From contig JAHEKZ010000002.1 in NCBI GenBank assembly GCA_024644435.1, forward strand, positions 36,177-100,176: DNA of 64,000 nt, in the 5' to 3' direction. The position numbers and the translations under genes are program-made. Below the pieces are notes generated by a model. The model made no database searches, had not been told where the DNA came from, and worked only from the letters and a program-made list of their open reading frames with translations. This DNA comes from Actinomycetes bacterium. GTDB lineage: Bacteria > Actinomycetota > Actinomycetes > JAHEKZ01. Shown piece by piece: positions 22,658 through 31,855 of the stretch. How positions within the stretch are numbered: the stretch's first letter is position 1; every line of letters starts with the position of its first letter.

Positions 22658-23439
22658 CCCAGCAAGAGAAAGGGCAACAGAAGGGGCACTCGGGCAAGCA
22701 GGGCAAGCGCGGGGCACGTGACCGACTGGCGGCCGAGCGCGCCCAGCAGGCCAAGGCCGATCGCCGCAAGCGGCAGACGTCGAACATCGTGATTGCCGTT
22801 GCGGTGGGTGTGATCGCGGTGCTCATCATCGGCTATGCGTGGTGGGCGGCCAACGACACCGGCCCCTCTGATGCGGCGTTGCCGGCCCTCGTGCAAGAGC
22901 AAGGCGGAGGCGTCGTCTTCGGCGACGGCCCGGTTGACGTTGCGCTGTGGGAGGACTTTCAGTGTCCCGCCTGCAAGGGATTCGAGGAGACCAACGGCGC
23001 CGCGCTCGAGAAGCGGGTCGACGCGGGTGAGATCACCTTGACCATCCATCCCCTCTCGTTCCTCGACCAGAACCTGGGCAACACGTCGTCTACCGCGGCG
23101 GCAAATGCCTTCGGATGTGCAGCGGACGCCGGATCACAGCAGGCGCTCGACTTCCACCTGACGGTCTACGCGAACCAACCGAAAGAGGCGCCGGGTCAGC
23201 CAGCGTGGAGTACCGACGACCTGATCGGGTGGGGTAACGAGGTCGGCATCGACGGCAGCGACTGGTCCACTTGCGTCACCGACCAGACCTACGCCGGCTG
23301 GGTCGAGCAGGTAGCCGCGAGCCAGAGCGGCGCCGGGATCACCAGCACGCCTACGGTCTTCCTCAACGACGAGAAGTTCGAGCTCACGGGCGACCTGAAC
23401 GCGGCGATCGATGAGGCGCTCAAGGCCGAGCAGCAGTGA
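22654..23439 (+). CDS. membrane-anchored DsbA-family thiol:disulfide oxidoreductase
   Basis: 261 aa. Basic N-terminus, one TM helix, thioredoxin fold with CPAC active site (WEDFQCPACKGFEE). GTGA overlap with the upstream gene. Confidence 0.75.
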   Translation: MTQQEKGQQKGHSGKQGKRGARDRLAAERAQQAKADRRKRQTSNIVIAVAVGVIAVLIIGYAWWAANDTGPSDAALPALVQEQGGGVVFGDGPVDVALWEDFQCPACKGFEETNGAALEKRVDAGEITLTIHPLSFLDQNLGNTSSTAAANAFGCAADAGSQQALDFHLTVYANQPKEAPGQPAWSTDDLIGWGNEVGIDGSDWSTCVTDQTYAGWVEQVAASQSGAGITSTPTVFLNDEKFELTGDLNAAIDEALKAEQQ

Positions 23440-23452
23440 GTGCGGAGTCTTG

Positions 23453-24337
23453 ATGCTTTCCATCCCGAGTCCGGGTGACGGCGTCTGGAATATCGGTTTC
23501 TTCCCGCTGCGCGGCTATGCAGTGGCGATCATCCTCGGCATCGCCCTGGCCATTTGGATCGGTGACCGTCGCTGGCAGGCGAGAGGGGGTGATCACGGCG
23601 TCGTGGTCGACGTCGCCGTGTGGGCCGTTCCGTTCGGCATCATCGGCGGCCGGATCTACCACGTCATCACCTCACCAGCCGCTTACTTCGGCGATGGCGG
23701 TGACCCCATGGGGGCCTTTCGGATTTGGGAAGGCGGCCTTGGTATCTGGGGTGCGGTTGTCCTTGGTGGTGTCGGCGCCTGGATCGGCGTCCGGCGCCGG
23801 GGGATTCCACTGCCGCCGTTCGGTGACGCGTTGGCTCCTGGCATCGCGGTTGCCCAGGCGGTGGGTCGGTGGGGCAACTGGGTGAACCAGGAGCTCTTTG
23901 GGGGGCCCACGACGTTGCCATGGGGCGTCGAGATCGATCTGGCGCACCGCCCGGCTGAGTACCTGGACAAGGCGACGTTCCATCCGACCTTCCTCTACGA
24001 GTCGCTGTGGATGCTGGCCGTTGCGGGCATCCTCGTCGTGGTCGACCGACGATGGCAGCTCGGGCACGGGCGCGTGTTCGCGCTCTACGTCGCGCTCTAC
24101 TCGCTGGGACGACTGCCGATCGAGCTGCTGCGGATCGACCCGGCGAACGAGATCGCCGGGCTGCGCGTCAACGTCTGGGTCTCGATGCTGGTGCTGGCAG
24201 GCGCGGTGCTCTATTTCGTGATCTCCTGGCGGCGAGCACCAGGACGGGAGTTCCCGGAGGAGCTGCGCGGACGCCCGTCAGCACCCACCGCCGAGTCGGA
24301 CAGCGAGTCGACCGAACCGCAGAAAGGGTCCTCATGA
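23453..24337 (+). CDS. lgt: prolipoprotein diacylglyceryl transferase
   Basis: ATG 23453. Lgt signature (GGRIYHV, GRWGNWVNQELFG). Confidence 0.9.
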   Translation: MLSIPSPGDGVWNIGFFPLRGYAVAIILGIALAIWIGDRRWQARGGDHGVVVDVAVWAVPFGIIGGRIYHVITSPAAYFGDGGDPMGAFRIWEGGLGIWGAVVLGGVGAWIGVRRRGIPLPPFGDALAPGIAVAQAVGRWGNWVNQELFGGPTTLPWGVEIDLAHRPAEYLDKATFHPTFLYESLWMLAVAGILVVVDRRWQLGHGRVFALYVALYSLGRLPIELLRIDPANEIAGLRVNVWVSMLVLAGAVLYFVISWRRAPGREFPEELRGRPSAPTAESDSESTEPQKGSS

Positions 24338-25053
24338 GCCAGCGAACCTTTGAGATCCACCACTCACATCGCGATGTCAACGGCGGCTGGCTGCGACCGG
24401 CCGTGTTCGGTGCCAGCGATGGGTTGGTCTCCAACTTCGCGCTCATCGCAGGTGTCGCCGGGGGTGCTGCAGCGACCGGGGCCGACAGCACCGCCGTGGT
24501 GATTGCGGGTCTGGCTGGTCTGGTGGCAGGGGCCGCCTCGATGGCGGCCGGCGAGTACGTCAGTGTGGCGTCACAGAGCGAGCTGGCCGAGGCGGAGATC
24601 GAGCTCGAGCGCTATGAGCTCGCCAATCGTCCCGAGGCCGAGGAGAGGGAGCTGGCCGAGACCTTCCAGCGACGCGGGCTGACTGCCGAGCTGGCTGGCG
24701 AGGTTGCCCGAGAGCTCTCACGTGACCCCGCCACCGCCCTCGAGGTGCATGTCCGCGAGGAGCTCGGGGTCGACATGAACGACCTGCCGTCGCCAGTGAC
24801 GGCGGCGGTGTCGAGCTTCCTGTCCTTCAGCCTCGGTGCGTTGATCCCTTTGCTTCCCTATCTGTTCGGCGCAGAGTCACTCGCGCCGGCGCTGGTGGTG
24901 TCGTTCGTTGCGCTCTTCGGCGTCGGAGTCCTCGTGTCCCAGGTCACGGTCCGGTCATGGCTCTTCTCCGGCACCCGACAGCTCCTTCTGGGTGCGGTCG
25001 CCGCCGGGGTCACCTACCTCGTCGGGTCGCTGGTTGGTTCCGGCATCGGTTGA
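24334..25053 (+). CDS. VIT1/CCC1-family (iron/manganese transporter-like) membrane protein
   Basis: ATG 24334 overlaps the lgt stop. N-terminal HSHRDVNGGWLRPAVFGASDGLVSNFALIAG motif typical of the VIT family. Confidence 0.75.
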   Translation: MSQRTFEIHHSHRDVNGGWLRPAVFGASDGLVSNFALIAGVAGGAAATGADSTAVVIAGLAGLVAGAASMAAGEYVSVASQSELAEAEIELERYELANRPEAEERELAETFQRRGLTAELAGEVARELSRDPATALEVHVREELGVDMNDLPSPVTAAVSSFLSFSLGALIPLLPYLFGAESLAPALVVSFVALFGVGVLVSQVTVRSWLFSGTRQLLLGAVAAGVTYLVGSLVGSGIG

Positions 25054-26361
25054 GGCCTCAAGGTTCGGCGGGTAGCGCAGGCGTTGCTCAGGAGGGGGGA
25101 CCAGGCGCCAGCACGTACCGATCTGGGTGAACACCCACCCGGCGTCATGCACCTTGCGGTGATGGGGGCGGCAGAGCAGGACGAGGTTGTTCAACGACGT
25201 CACGCCGCCCTCTGCCCAGTGAACGATGTGATGTGCCTCGGTCCACGCGGGCGGGCGGTCGCATCCCTCGGCCACGCAGCCGCGGTCGCGAACGATCAGG
25301 GCGTGCCGCAGGTGTCCAGGCACGGTCCGGGTGGCCCGCCCGACGTCGAGCGGCTGCGACGGCGGGTCGACCACAACCCGCGTGACCTCTGCGTCGCACG
25401 CCAAGCGGCGAACAGCTTCGTCGGTCAGCGGTCCGGTCCACGGCAGCTCGGCAGCCGCGGGGTCGGGCGAGGCTGTGCGCTGACGGCCCACGACGGCCGC
25501 GAGCGGGGTGGTCACGAGCAGGTGTGGACGGACACCGCCTGAGGCGGTCGGCTGCCCCGTGTCGAGGGCGTGGTCGCAGATCTCGACAAGTGCATCGGCC
25601 CGCCGCTGTCCGGCGCTTCGATGATCGTCGGGTCCTCGAGGCGCGGTCGCCCCAGCCAAGGCCGTCAGGAGCACGGCGCCTGCCTCGCCGTCGAGGAGTC
25701 CGTCGATACTCACCATGCCGTCGAGGGTCGTCGAGGTGGAGAGCCAGCGACGCTCGTGGGCGCGCTCGGCGTCGGCCAGGGCTCCGTCGGGATCGACCAT
25801 CTGGCGCACGCGACTGGCGAACCCGGTCAGCGATCCGGCATCGACCGCACGCCCTACCTCGAGCATGACCGACTCGACCTCCGCTACTGCTGCCCCCTGG
25901 TCTGCTGGGCCGACGGCGGCGTCGACCGAACGCGCGGTCCGGGCGATCGTGCGCGCGTGGTGCACGGTGATGGTGCCGTCGGCCAGTGCCTCTCGTGTGG
26001 CCGGCAGCGACGATCGCATCGTGCGAGCTGTGCGGACCAGGTCGGCGGCCTGCCCGGAAGGTAGCCCGGTGTGATGACGCAGCCACGTGGCGGTGGTGCC
26101 GCCCGACTCGTGAGCGGCGACACCGTGGGCATCGACTCGAGCCAGGCGTACCAGTGCCATGGCATGCAGTTGGCTGACGATCCCTAGAAGTGCGACGACC
26201 TCGTCTGCGAGCAGGCGTGGTGGTGCGTCCTCGGTATCGATCGACCGGGCTGACTCGATGGCGGTCATCAGGGCGGCCAGCCGAGGTGCCTCGACGGCGG
26301 CACGGGGGCGGAGACCGCTGGGGCCGGAGGGGATGCGTCGGTTCATCTGGGGTCTTCCCAC
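24955..26361 (-). CDS. DUF222 (REP13E12-like) protein with C-terminal HNH endonuclease motif (second paralogue)
   Basis: 468-aa ORF. HNH signature AHHIVHWAEGGVTSLNNLVLLCRPHHRKVH. Alternative ATG at 26346. 3' end overlaps the VIT gene by about 99 bp. Confidence 0.75.
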   Translation of the reverse strand: MGRPQMNRRIPSGPSGLRPRAAVEAPRLAALMTAIESARSIDTEDAPPRLLADEVVALLGIVSQLHAMALVRLARVDAHGVAAHESGGTTATWLRHHTGLPSGQAADLVRTARTMRSSLPATREALADGTITVHHARTIARTARSVDAAVGPADQGAAVAEVESVMLEVGRAVDAGSLTGFASRVRQMVDPDGALADAERAHERRWLSTSTTLDGMVSIDGLLDGEAGAVLLTALAGATAPRGPDDHRSAGQRRADALVEICDHALDTGQPTASGGVRPHLLVTTPLAAVVGRQRTASPDPAAAELPWTGPLTDEAVRRLACDAEVTRVVVDPPSQPLDVGRATRTVPGHLRHALIVRDRGCVAEGCDRPPAWTEAHHIVHWAEGGVTSLNNLVLLCRPHHRKVHDAGWVFTQIGTCWRLVPPPEQRLRYPPNLEASTDAGTNQRPDEVGDPGGDRTQKELSGAGEEP

Positions 26362-26480
26362 GAGGGCGGGGCCAGGGTGCGTGTCCTGGGCGGATGACTC
26401 GCCATGACTCGAGGGGAAACTGGTCGGGAAACTCGCTGGGAGACGCTCGGTTCGGCAGATGATCTTGAGTCCTCAGGGTA

Positions 26481-26496
26481 TCGAACATCTGTTCGA
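26481..26496. promoter_or_regulatory. LexA SOS box (TCGAAC-N4-GTTCGA)
   Basis: TCGAACATCTGTTCGA is a perfect match to the mycobacterial SOS-box consensus. Lies in the divergent intergenic region between the DUF222/HNH gene and pyk. Confidence 0.5.
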
Positions 26497-26574
26497 ATGA
26501 CAAGAGCCCGGTGAACGTGTGCGTCGAGGTGGGCGCCCGCCGTCGGTGCCGCCGATCTCGGTAGGGTCTGGGCC

Positions 26575-28050
26575 ATGCGCCGCGCCAAGATCATCGCCAC
26601 ATTGGGTCCGGCCTCGAGCACTTTGGGCACCGTGACGGCGCTTGTCGAGTCGGGTCTTGACGTCGCCCGGATCAACCTCAGCCACGGCACCCATGCCGAC
26701 CATGCCCGGTCGGTGGCGCTGGTCCGGCAGGCGGCCGAGGCCACGGGACGCGCGGTGGGCATCCTGGCCGACCTGCAGGGTCCCAAGATCCGACTGGGCC
26801 GGTTCGCCGGCGGGTCGGTTCTGTTGAGGCCAGGTGCGAGCTTCGTCATCACCGCAGAGGACGTGCCCGGCGACCAGGAGAGCGTGTCCACGACCCATCA
26901 GGGGCTCGCCGACGATGTATCCGTTGGCGACCCGATCCTCGTGGATGATGGGCGCGTCATGCTGCGCGTGACAGAGGTCAGGGGTCGAGCCGTCGTCACC
27001 AAGGTGGTCGAAGGCGGCACCCTCTCCGATTCCAAGGGGATCAACCTTCCCGGCGCCATGGTGAGCGTTCCGGCGGTCTCTGACAAAGACATCGACGACC
27101 TGCGCTGGGCGTTGGTCAACGGTGTCGATCTGGTCGCGCTCTCTTTCGTACGAACGGCAGATGACGTCGGGCCGGTGAAGGACGTCATGGACGACGAGGG
27201 GATTCATCGCCCCGTCGTTGCCAAGATCGAGAAGCCACAGGCAGTCGCCCATCTGCCACAGATTCTCGACGCGTTCGACGGGATCATGGTCGCCCGCGGT
27301 GATCTCGGCGTCGAGCTTCCCTTGGAGCAGGTACCGCTCGTGCAGAAACAGGCGGTCAGCCTGGCCCGCGAGAAGGGCAAGCCGGTCATCGTGGCGACGC
27401 AGATGCTCGAGTCGATGATCAGCGCATCGCGGCCGACTCGGGCCGAAGCCTCGGACGTGGCGAACGCGATCCTCGACGGTGCGGATGCGTTGATGCTGTC
27501 GGGGGAGACGAGTGTCGGCCGCTTTCCCGTCGAGTCCGTACACACCATGGGGCGGATCATCGAGTCGATCGAGGACACCGCCCTCGACCGGATCCCGCGA
27601 ATTGAGGGTCTTCCGACGGACAAGGGAGATGCCATCTGCCGCGCGGCGGTGCACGTGGCCAACCAGCTCAGCGCCAAGTTCCTTGTCGCGTTCACCGAGA
27701 CAGGTCAGACACCGACCGTGCTGTCGCGCTACCGCTCTTCGGTACCGCTCCTCGCTTTCACCCCTGACCCGCAGGTGCGCAACCAGCTTGCGCTGACGTG
27801 GGGTGTCGAGAGCTACCTCGTCGACCCGGTCACCCATACCGACCACATGGTGCGGCAGGTCGAGGCACGCCTGTTGGAGTTCAACCGTTGTGTCGTCGGC
27901 GACCACGTCACCATCGTGGCCGGAAGCCCTCCAGGGATCCCGGGATCGACCAACGCGATGCGCGTTCATCGAATCGGTGACGCGGCTGGCGGTGTCGCTC
28001 CCGCATACGCCGAGGTGATGGACGACGAGGCCATCGGGTACCCGCGCTAG
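26575..28050 (+). CDS. pyk: pyruvate kinase
   Basis: 491 aa (IIATLGPAS, MVARGDLGVE, C-terminal regulatory domain). Confidence 0.95.
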   Translation: MRRAKIIATLGPASSTLGTVTALVESGLDVARINLSHGTHADHARSVALVRQAAEATGRAVGILADLQGPKIRLGRFAGGSVLLRPGASFVITAEDVPGDQESVSTTHQGLADDVSVGDPILVDDGRVMLRVTEVRGRAVVTKVVEGGTLSDSKGINLPGAMVSVPAVSDKDIDDLRWALVNGVDLVALSFVRTADDVGPVKDVMDDEGIHRPVVAKIEKPQAVAHLPQILDAFDGIMVARGDLGVELPLEQVPLVQKQAVSLAREKGKPVIVATQMLESMISASRPTRAEASDVANAILDGADALMLSGETSVGRFPVESVHTMGRIIESIEDTALDRIPRIEGLPTDKGDAICRAAVHVANQLSAKFLVAFTETGQTPTVLSRYRSSVPLLAFTPDPQVRNQLALTWGVESYLVDPVTHTDHMVRQVEARLLEFNRCVVGDHVTIVAGSPPGIPGSTNAMRVHRIGDAAGGVAPAYAEVMDDEAIGYPR

Positions 28051-28080
28051 TCCCTACGGTCGGGTCAGTCCCCGATCGCG

Positions 28081-28572
28081 TCAGTCCAACGGTAGGGCGC
28101 GCCTTGCCTCCGGGTTGAGTACGCCCCACGTGATCAGCTGCTCGGTCAAAGCTCCAGGCGATTGGTCGTAGATGACGGCCAAGGTACGCAGGTCTTCCTG
28201 GCGGATCGACAGGATGCGTCCGTTGTAGTCACCGCGCTGGCTCTGGATGGTTTGCGCATAGCGCGCCAGCGGACCGGCCTTCTCGGCAGGTACCTGGTTG
28301 AGCTGCTCCAGATCGATCACGAGCCGGGGCGGAGGCTCGGCGGCAGCCGCGGGGCTGCTGTCGGGCAAGAGCTCGCTGACGGGTACGCCGTAGAAGTCAG
28401 CCAGCTCGGCCAGCTTCTGAACGGTGACGGCGCGGTCCCCCCGCTCATAGGAGCCGACGACCACCGCCTTCCAGCGTTCCTGCGACTTCTCCTCGACACC
28501 GTGGAGTGAGAGCCCCTGTTGCTGTCGGATGGCTCGGAGCCTGGCTCCGAGCGCCTTTGCGTAGTCGGTCAC
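28081..28572 (-). CDS. bldD: BldD-like developmental transcriptional regulator (XRE HTH plus c-di-GMP-binding C-terminal domain)
   Basis: 163 aa, near-identical in pattern to Streptomyces BldD (LRAIRQQQGLSLHGVEEKSQERWKAVVVGSYERGDRAVTVQKLAELADFYGVPVSELL...). RGD and RQED motifs present. Divergent from pyrR as in S. coelicolor. Confidence 0.85.
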   Translation of the reverse strand: MTDYAKALGARLRAIRQQQGLSLHGVEEKSQERWKAVVVGSYERGDRAVTVQKLAELADFYGVPVSELLPDSSPAAAAEPPPRLVIDLEQLNQVPAEKAGPLARYAQTIQSQRGDYNGRILSIRQEDLRTLAVIYDQSPGALTEQLITWGVLNPEARRALPLD

Positions 28573-28712
28573 GTCGCGCCTTTCGTCCGGGCCCGGCTGG
28601 TGCCGGGCGCCCCCCGAGTGCCTCGACGTCGATCGCCGCGATCGAGCAAGCGGTCGACGTTCTCGTCACTCCTGCCGTGCGTGTGGCCGCTGGCGCTCCG
28701 AACGCACACTGG

Positions 28713-28740
28713 TCACGCTGAGTAGCGTCACGGAGAGTTA
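28713..28740. promoter_or_regulatory. two adjacent BldD-box-like sequences (TNAC-N5-GTNA, one mismatch each) in the bldD upstream region
   Basis: TCACGCTGAGTAG (28713-28725) and TCACGGAGAGTTA (28728-28740). Direct repeat GTCACG spaced 15 bp. About 140-170 bp upstream of the bldD start. Confidence 0.3.
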
Positions 28741-28959
28741 CCGTCCCGTCAAGCGGATCGCGGTAATCTGTCCCATTAGCGGCCCAGATTCCCTCGAATG
28801 GCGGGTCCGGTTCGGTTGCGGAGCGTGTCATCCGATCCGTGATGAGTCGATGGCAATCGGGTGATGGGGCGAGTTCGGTACCCGCCTGACCACGCTCGGT
28901 GACCAGGCTGAGGCCCCGTCGCGGGGCGCAGGGGGTTCGCTAGGGTGAGGGCGTTCGAC

Positions 28960-28999
28960 ATCCTTTAAGTCCGTCCGGTGAGGCGGGGAAGGAGGTCCG
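28960..28999 (+). promoter_or_regulatory. putative PyrR-binding leader RNA element overlapping the pyrR ribosome-binding site
   Basis: AAGUCCGUCCGGUGAGGCGGGGAAGGAGG resembles the PyrR binding-loop core (UCC...GAGGC) immediately 5' of RBS GGAAGGAGG and ATG 29002. A GC hairpin lies upstream at 28913-28927. Confidence 0.3.
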
Positions 29000-29001
29000 C
29001 C

Positions 29002-29604
29002 ATGGTTCGGTCGGAGTCCAGCCACGAGGCCCGCGAGGTCCTCGACGCCGATGACGTCCAGCGTGCGCTGACCCGCATTGCCCACGAGGTGCTCGAGCGC
29101 AACAAAGGCGCTCACTCGGTGGTCCTGCTCGGCATTCCCAGCCGAGGCGTTCCCCTGGCCCAACGGCTGGCGGCGCGCATCGGCGAGGTCGAAGGCCGAG
29201 ACGTCCCGTTCGGCTCCCTCGACATCACCATGTTCCGCGACGACCTGCGGTTGCGGCCGGCTCGTGGTCTCGGGCGCACCGAGCTGCCGGGTGGCGGCAT
29301 CGACGACGCCGTCGTTGTGCTCGTCGACGACGTCCTCTACTCCGGCCGCACGATCAGGGCAGCACTCGATGCGCTCAGCGAGCTCGGACGTCCGCAGTCG
29401 GTCCAGCTCGCCGTGCTGGTCGATCGTGGTCATCGGCAGTTTCCGATCAGGGCCGACTACGTCGGAAAGAACCTGCCGACATCGACCCGAGAGACGGTGC
29501 AGGTACTCGTGTCCGAGCTCGACGGCAGCGATGCGGTACTGATCGGTGGCACGGCGGACGACGACCCGGCCGATCCAACCCGCGAAGGAAGGGGGTCGGT
29601 GTGA
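29002..29604 (+). CDS. pyrR: bifunctional pyrimidine operon regulatory protein / uracil phosphoribosyltransferase
   Basis: ATG 29002 with strong RBS. PRTase motif [13 protein letters not shown]. Confidence 0.9.
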   Translation: MVRSESSHEAREVLDADDVQRALTRIAHEVLERNKGAHSVVLLGIPSRGVPLAQRLAARIGEVEGRDVPFGSLDITMFRDDLRLRPARGLGRTELPGGGIDDAVVVLVDDVLYSGRTIRAALDALSELGRPQSVQLAVLVDRGHRQFPIRADYVGKNLPTSTRETVQVLVSELDGSDAVLIGGTADDDPADPTREGRGSV

Positions 29605-30542
29605 CGCGACACCTGTTGTCGGCGGCCGACCTCTCGCTGGACGATGCGACCCTCATTCTCGACACCGCTGACGAGCTCGCCCGCGTCTCGGATCGGCCGG
29701 TCAAGAAGCTCCCAACGCTGCGTGGACGCACGGTGGTCAATCTCTTCTTCGAGGACTCAACACGAACCAGGATCTCGTTCGAGGCGGCGGCCAAGCGACT
29801 CAGTGCCGATGTCATCAACTTCAGTGCCAAGGGGTCCAGCGTCTCCAAAGGGGAGAGCCTGAAGGACACCGCACTGACACTTGAGGCCATGGGAGCTGAC
29901 GCGGTCGTCATCCGTCACCCGGCCAGCGGCGCCCCGCACACCTTGGCTCACTCGGGCTGGATCGGCGGATCGATCGTGAACGCCGGTGACGGAACGCACG
30001 AACACCCCACTCAGGCTCTGTTGGACGCCTTCACCATGCGCCGGCACCTCTCGACGATCGCCGGTCGCAAGGTGGTCATCGTCGGTGATGTCCTGCACAG
30101 CAGAGTGGCCAGATCCAACGTGCTCCTGCTGGCCACGCTTGGCGCCGACGTGACACTCGTCGCGCCGCCAACTCTCCTTCCGGTCGGGGTCGACCAGTGG
30201 CCGTGCACGCACTCCTACGACCTCGACGCAAGCCTGGTTGGCGCGGACGTCGTGATGATGCTCCGAGTGCAGCGAGAGCGTATGAACGCGGCCTTCTTCC
30301 CCAGCGTGCGTGAGTACTCGCGGCGCTATGGTCTCGACGCCGATCGGATGTCTCGCCTGCCCGAGCACGCGATCGTGATGCACCCCGGGCCCATGAACCG
30401 GGGGCTTGAGATCACCGCGGCGGTCGCCGACTCCGATCGCGCTGTGATCATCGAACAGGTCACCAACGGAGTGAGTGTCCGCATGGCGGTTCTGTATCTG
30501 TTGCTCGGCGGCAGCGACTCGGCACTCGGAGGAGACCTGTGA
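29601..30542 (+). CDS. pyrB: aspartate carbamoyltransferase catalytic subunit
   Basis: 313 aa ([13 protein letters not shown]..., HPGP). GTGA overlap with pyrR. Confidence 0.95.
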   Translation: MTRHLLSAADLSLDDATLILDTADELARVSDRPVKKLPTLRGRTVVNLFFEDSTRTRISFEAAAKRLSADVINFSAKGSSVSKGESLKDTALTLEAMGADAVVIRHPASGAPHTLAHSGWIGGSIVNAGDGTHEHPTQALLDAFTMRRHLSTIAGRKVVIVGDVLHSRVARSNVLLLATLGADVTLVAPPTLLPVGVDQWPCTHSYDLDASLVGADVVMMLRVQRERMNAAFFPSVREYSRRYGLDADRMSRLPEHAIVMHPGPMNRGLEITAAVADSDRAVIIEQVTNGVSVRMAVLYLLLGGSDSALGGDL

Positions 30543-31855
30543 CCACCAAGAACTCAGCGGAGGGCGTCCTGATCAAGGGTGCGAACCTGCTGGGCACCGA
30601 TGTCAGTGACGTGCTCGTGCTCGACGGCGTAATAGCTGCGATCGGCCCTGATGCTGCACGAGATGCCGGGTCCGACTGCGAGACGGTTGATGCGTACGGG
30701 CTTGTGGCACTGCCGGGCCTGGTCGACCTGCACACCCATCTGCGGGAGCCGGGCCGGGAGGACGCCGAGACCGTCGCATCAGGGTCGGCGGCGGCTGCCG
30801 TTGGCGGCTTCACCGCCGTTCACGCGATGGCGAACACCGACCCGGTGGCCGACACCGCCGGGGTGGTCGAGCAGGTGTGGCACCTCGGTCGTCGCGCCGG
30901 TCTGTGCGACGTGCACCCGGTCGGAGCCGTCACGCTGGGGCTAGGTGGCAGCGAGCTAGCCGAGCTCGGGGCGATGGCTGAGTCAGCTGCTCGAGTGCGC
31001 GTGTTCTCCGATGACGGCAGGTGCGTCTCGGACGCGGTACTGATGCGCCGAGCACTCGAGTACGTCAAGGCGCTCGACGGCGTCGTGGCACAGCACGCCC
31101 AAGAGCCTCGGCTGACCGAGAACGCGCAGATGAACGAGGGGTCGGTCTCGGCCGTGCTCGGCCTGCGTGGTTGGCCCGCGGTCGCAGAGGAGTCGATCAT
31201 TGCCCGTGATGTGCTTCTCGCCGGGCATGTCGGCTCGCGTCTGCACGTGTGCCATGTGTCAACGGCCGGTTCGGTTGAGATCCTCCGATGGGCCAAAGGC
31301 CGCGGTGTCGACGTCACTGCGGAGGTGACGCCGCACCACCTCTTCCTGACCGACGAGCATGTGCGCACCTACGACCCGCGCTTCAAGGTGAACCCGCCGC
31401 TGCGGACCCAGGAGGACGTCGACGCCGTGCGGCTGGGACTCGCCGACGGCACGATCGACGCAATCGCGACCGACCACGCGCCGCACAGCCTCGAGGACAA
31501 GGACTGCGAATGGGCGGCAGCAGCCATGGGGATGGTCGGGCTGGAGACGGCGGTCGGGGTGGCCGCTGCCGCCATGGTCGATACCGGCCTGCTCGACTGG
31601 GCCGGGATGGCTGATCGGATGTCGGTGCGTCCGGCGCGGATCGGCCGGTTGGCTGGCCAAGGTCGACCGTTGGCCGTGGGGGAGCCGGCCAACCTGGTGC
31701 TCGTCGACCCAGAGACGCGGTACTCCGTCGATCCCCAGTCGATGGAATCTCGAAGCCGGAACACGCCTTATGCCGGTGTCGAGCTGACGGCTCGGCCGGT
31801 CGCGACCTACCTTCGAGGACGGCTGACCGCCAGTGAGGGATCGGCGCAACGGTGA
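30539..31855 (+). CDS. pyrC: dihydroorotase
   Basis: 438-aa amidohydrolase ([15 protein letters not shown]). GTGA overlap. Confidence 0.9.
   Translation: MTTKNSAEGVLIKGANLLGTDVSDVLVLDGVIAAIGPDAARDAGSDCETVDAYGLVALPGLVDLHTHLREPGREDAETVASGSAAAAVGGFTAVHAMANTDPVADTAGVVEQVWHLGRRAGLCDVHPVGAVTLGLGGSELAELGAMAESAARVRVFSDDGRCVSDAVLMRRALEYVKALDGVVAQHAQEPRLTENAQMNEGSVSAVLGLRGWPAVAEESIIARDVLLAGHVGSRLHVCHVSTAGSVEILRWAKGRGVDVTAEVTPHHLFLTDEHVRTYDPRFKVNPPLRTQEDVDAVRLGLADGTIDAIATDHAPHSLEDKDCEWAAAAMGMVGLETAVGVAAAAMVDTGLLDWAGMADRMSVRPARIGRLAGQGRPLAVGEPANLVLVDPETRYSVDPQSMESRSRNTPYAGVELTARPVATYLRGRLTASEGSAQR

Noticed and set aside
26414-26433. Short direct repeat GGGAAACT (two copies 12 bp apart) upstream of pyk
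   Set aside because: Too short and not statistically compelling. Noted only as a possible promoter-proximal element.
25145-26503. 452-aa minus-strand Arg-rich ORF
   Set aside because: Alternative frame of the DUF222/HNH gene. Extreme Arg/Pro/Gly composition with no recognisable domain.
26473-27969. 498-aa minus-strand ORF antisense to pyk
   Set aside because: Overlaps pyruvate kinase entirely. No domain signature.
28519-28725. 68-aa plus-strand ORF in the bldD upstream region
   Set aside because: Overlaps the bldD 5' end and the promoter region. No RBS and Arg/Pro-rich composition make it probably non-coding.
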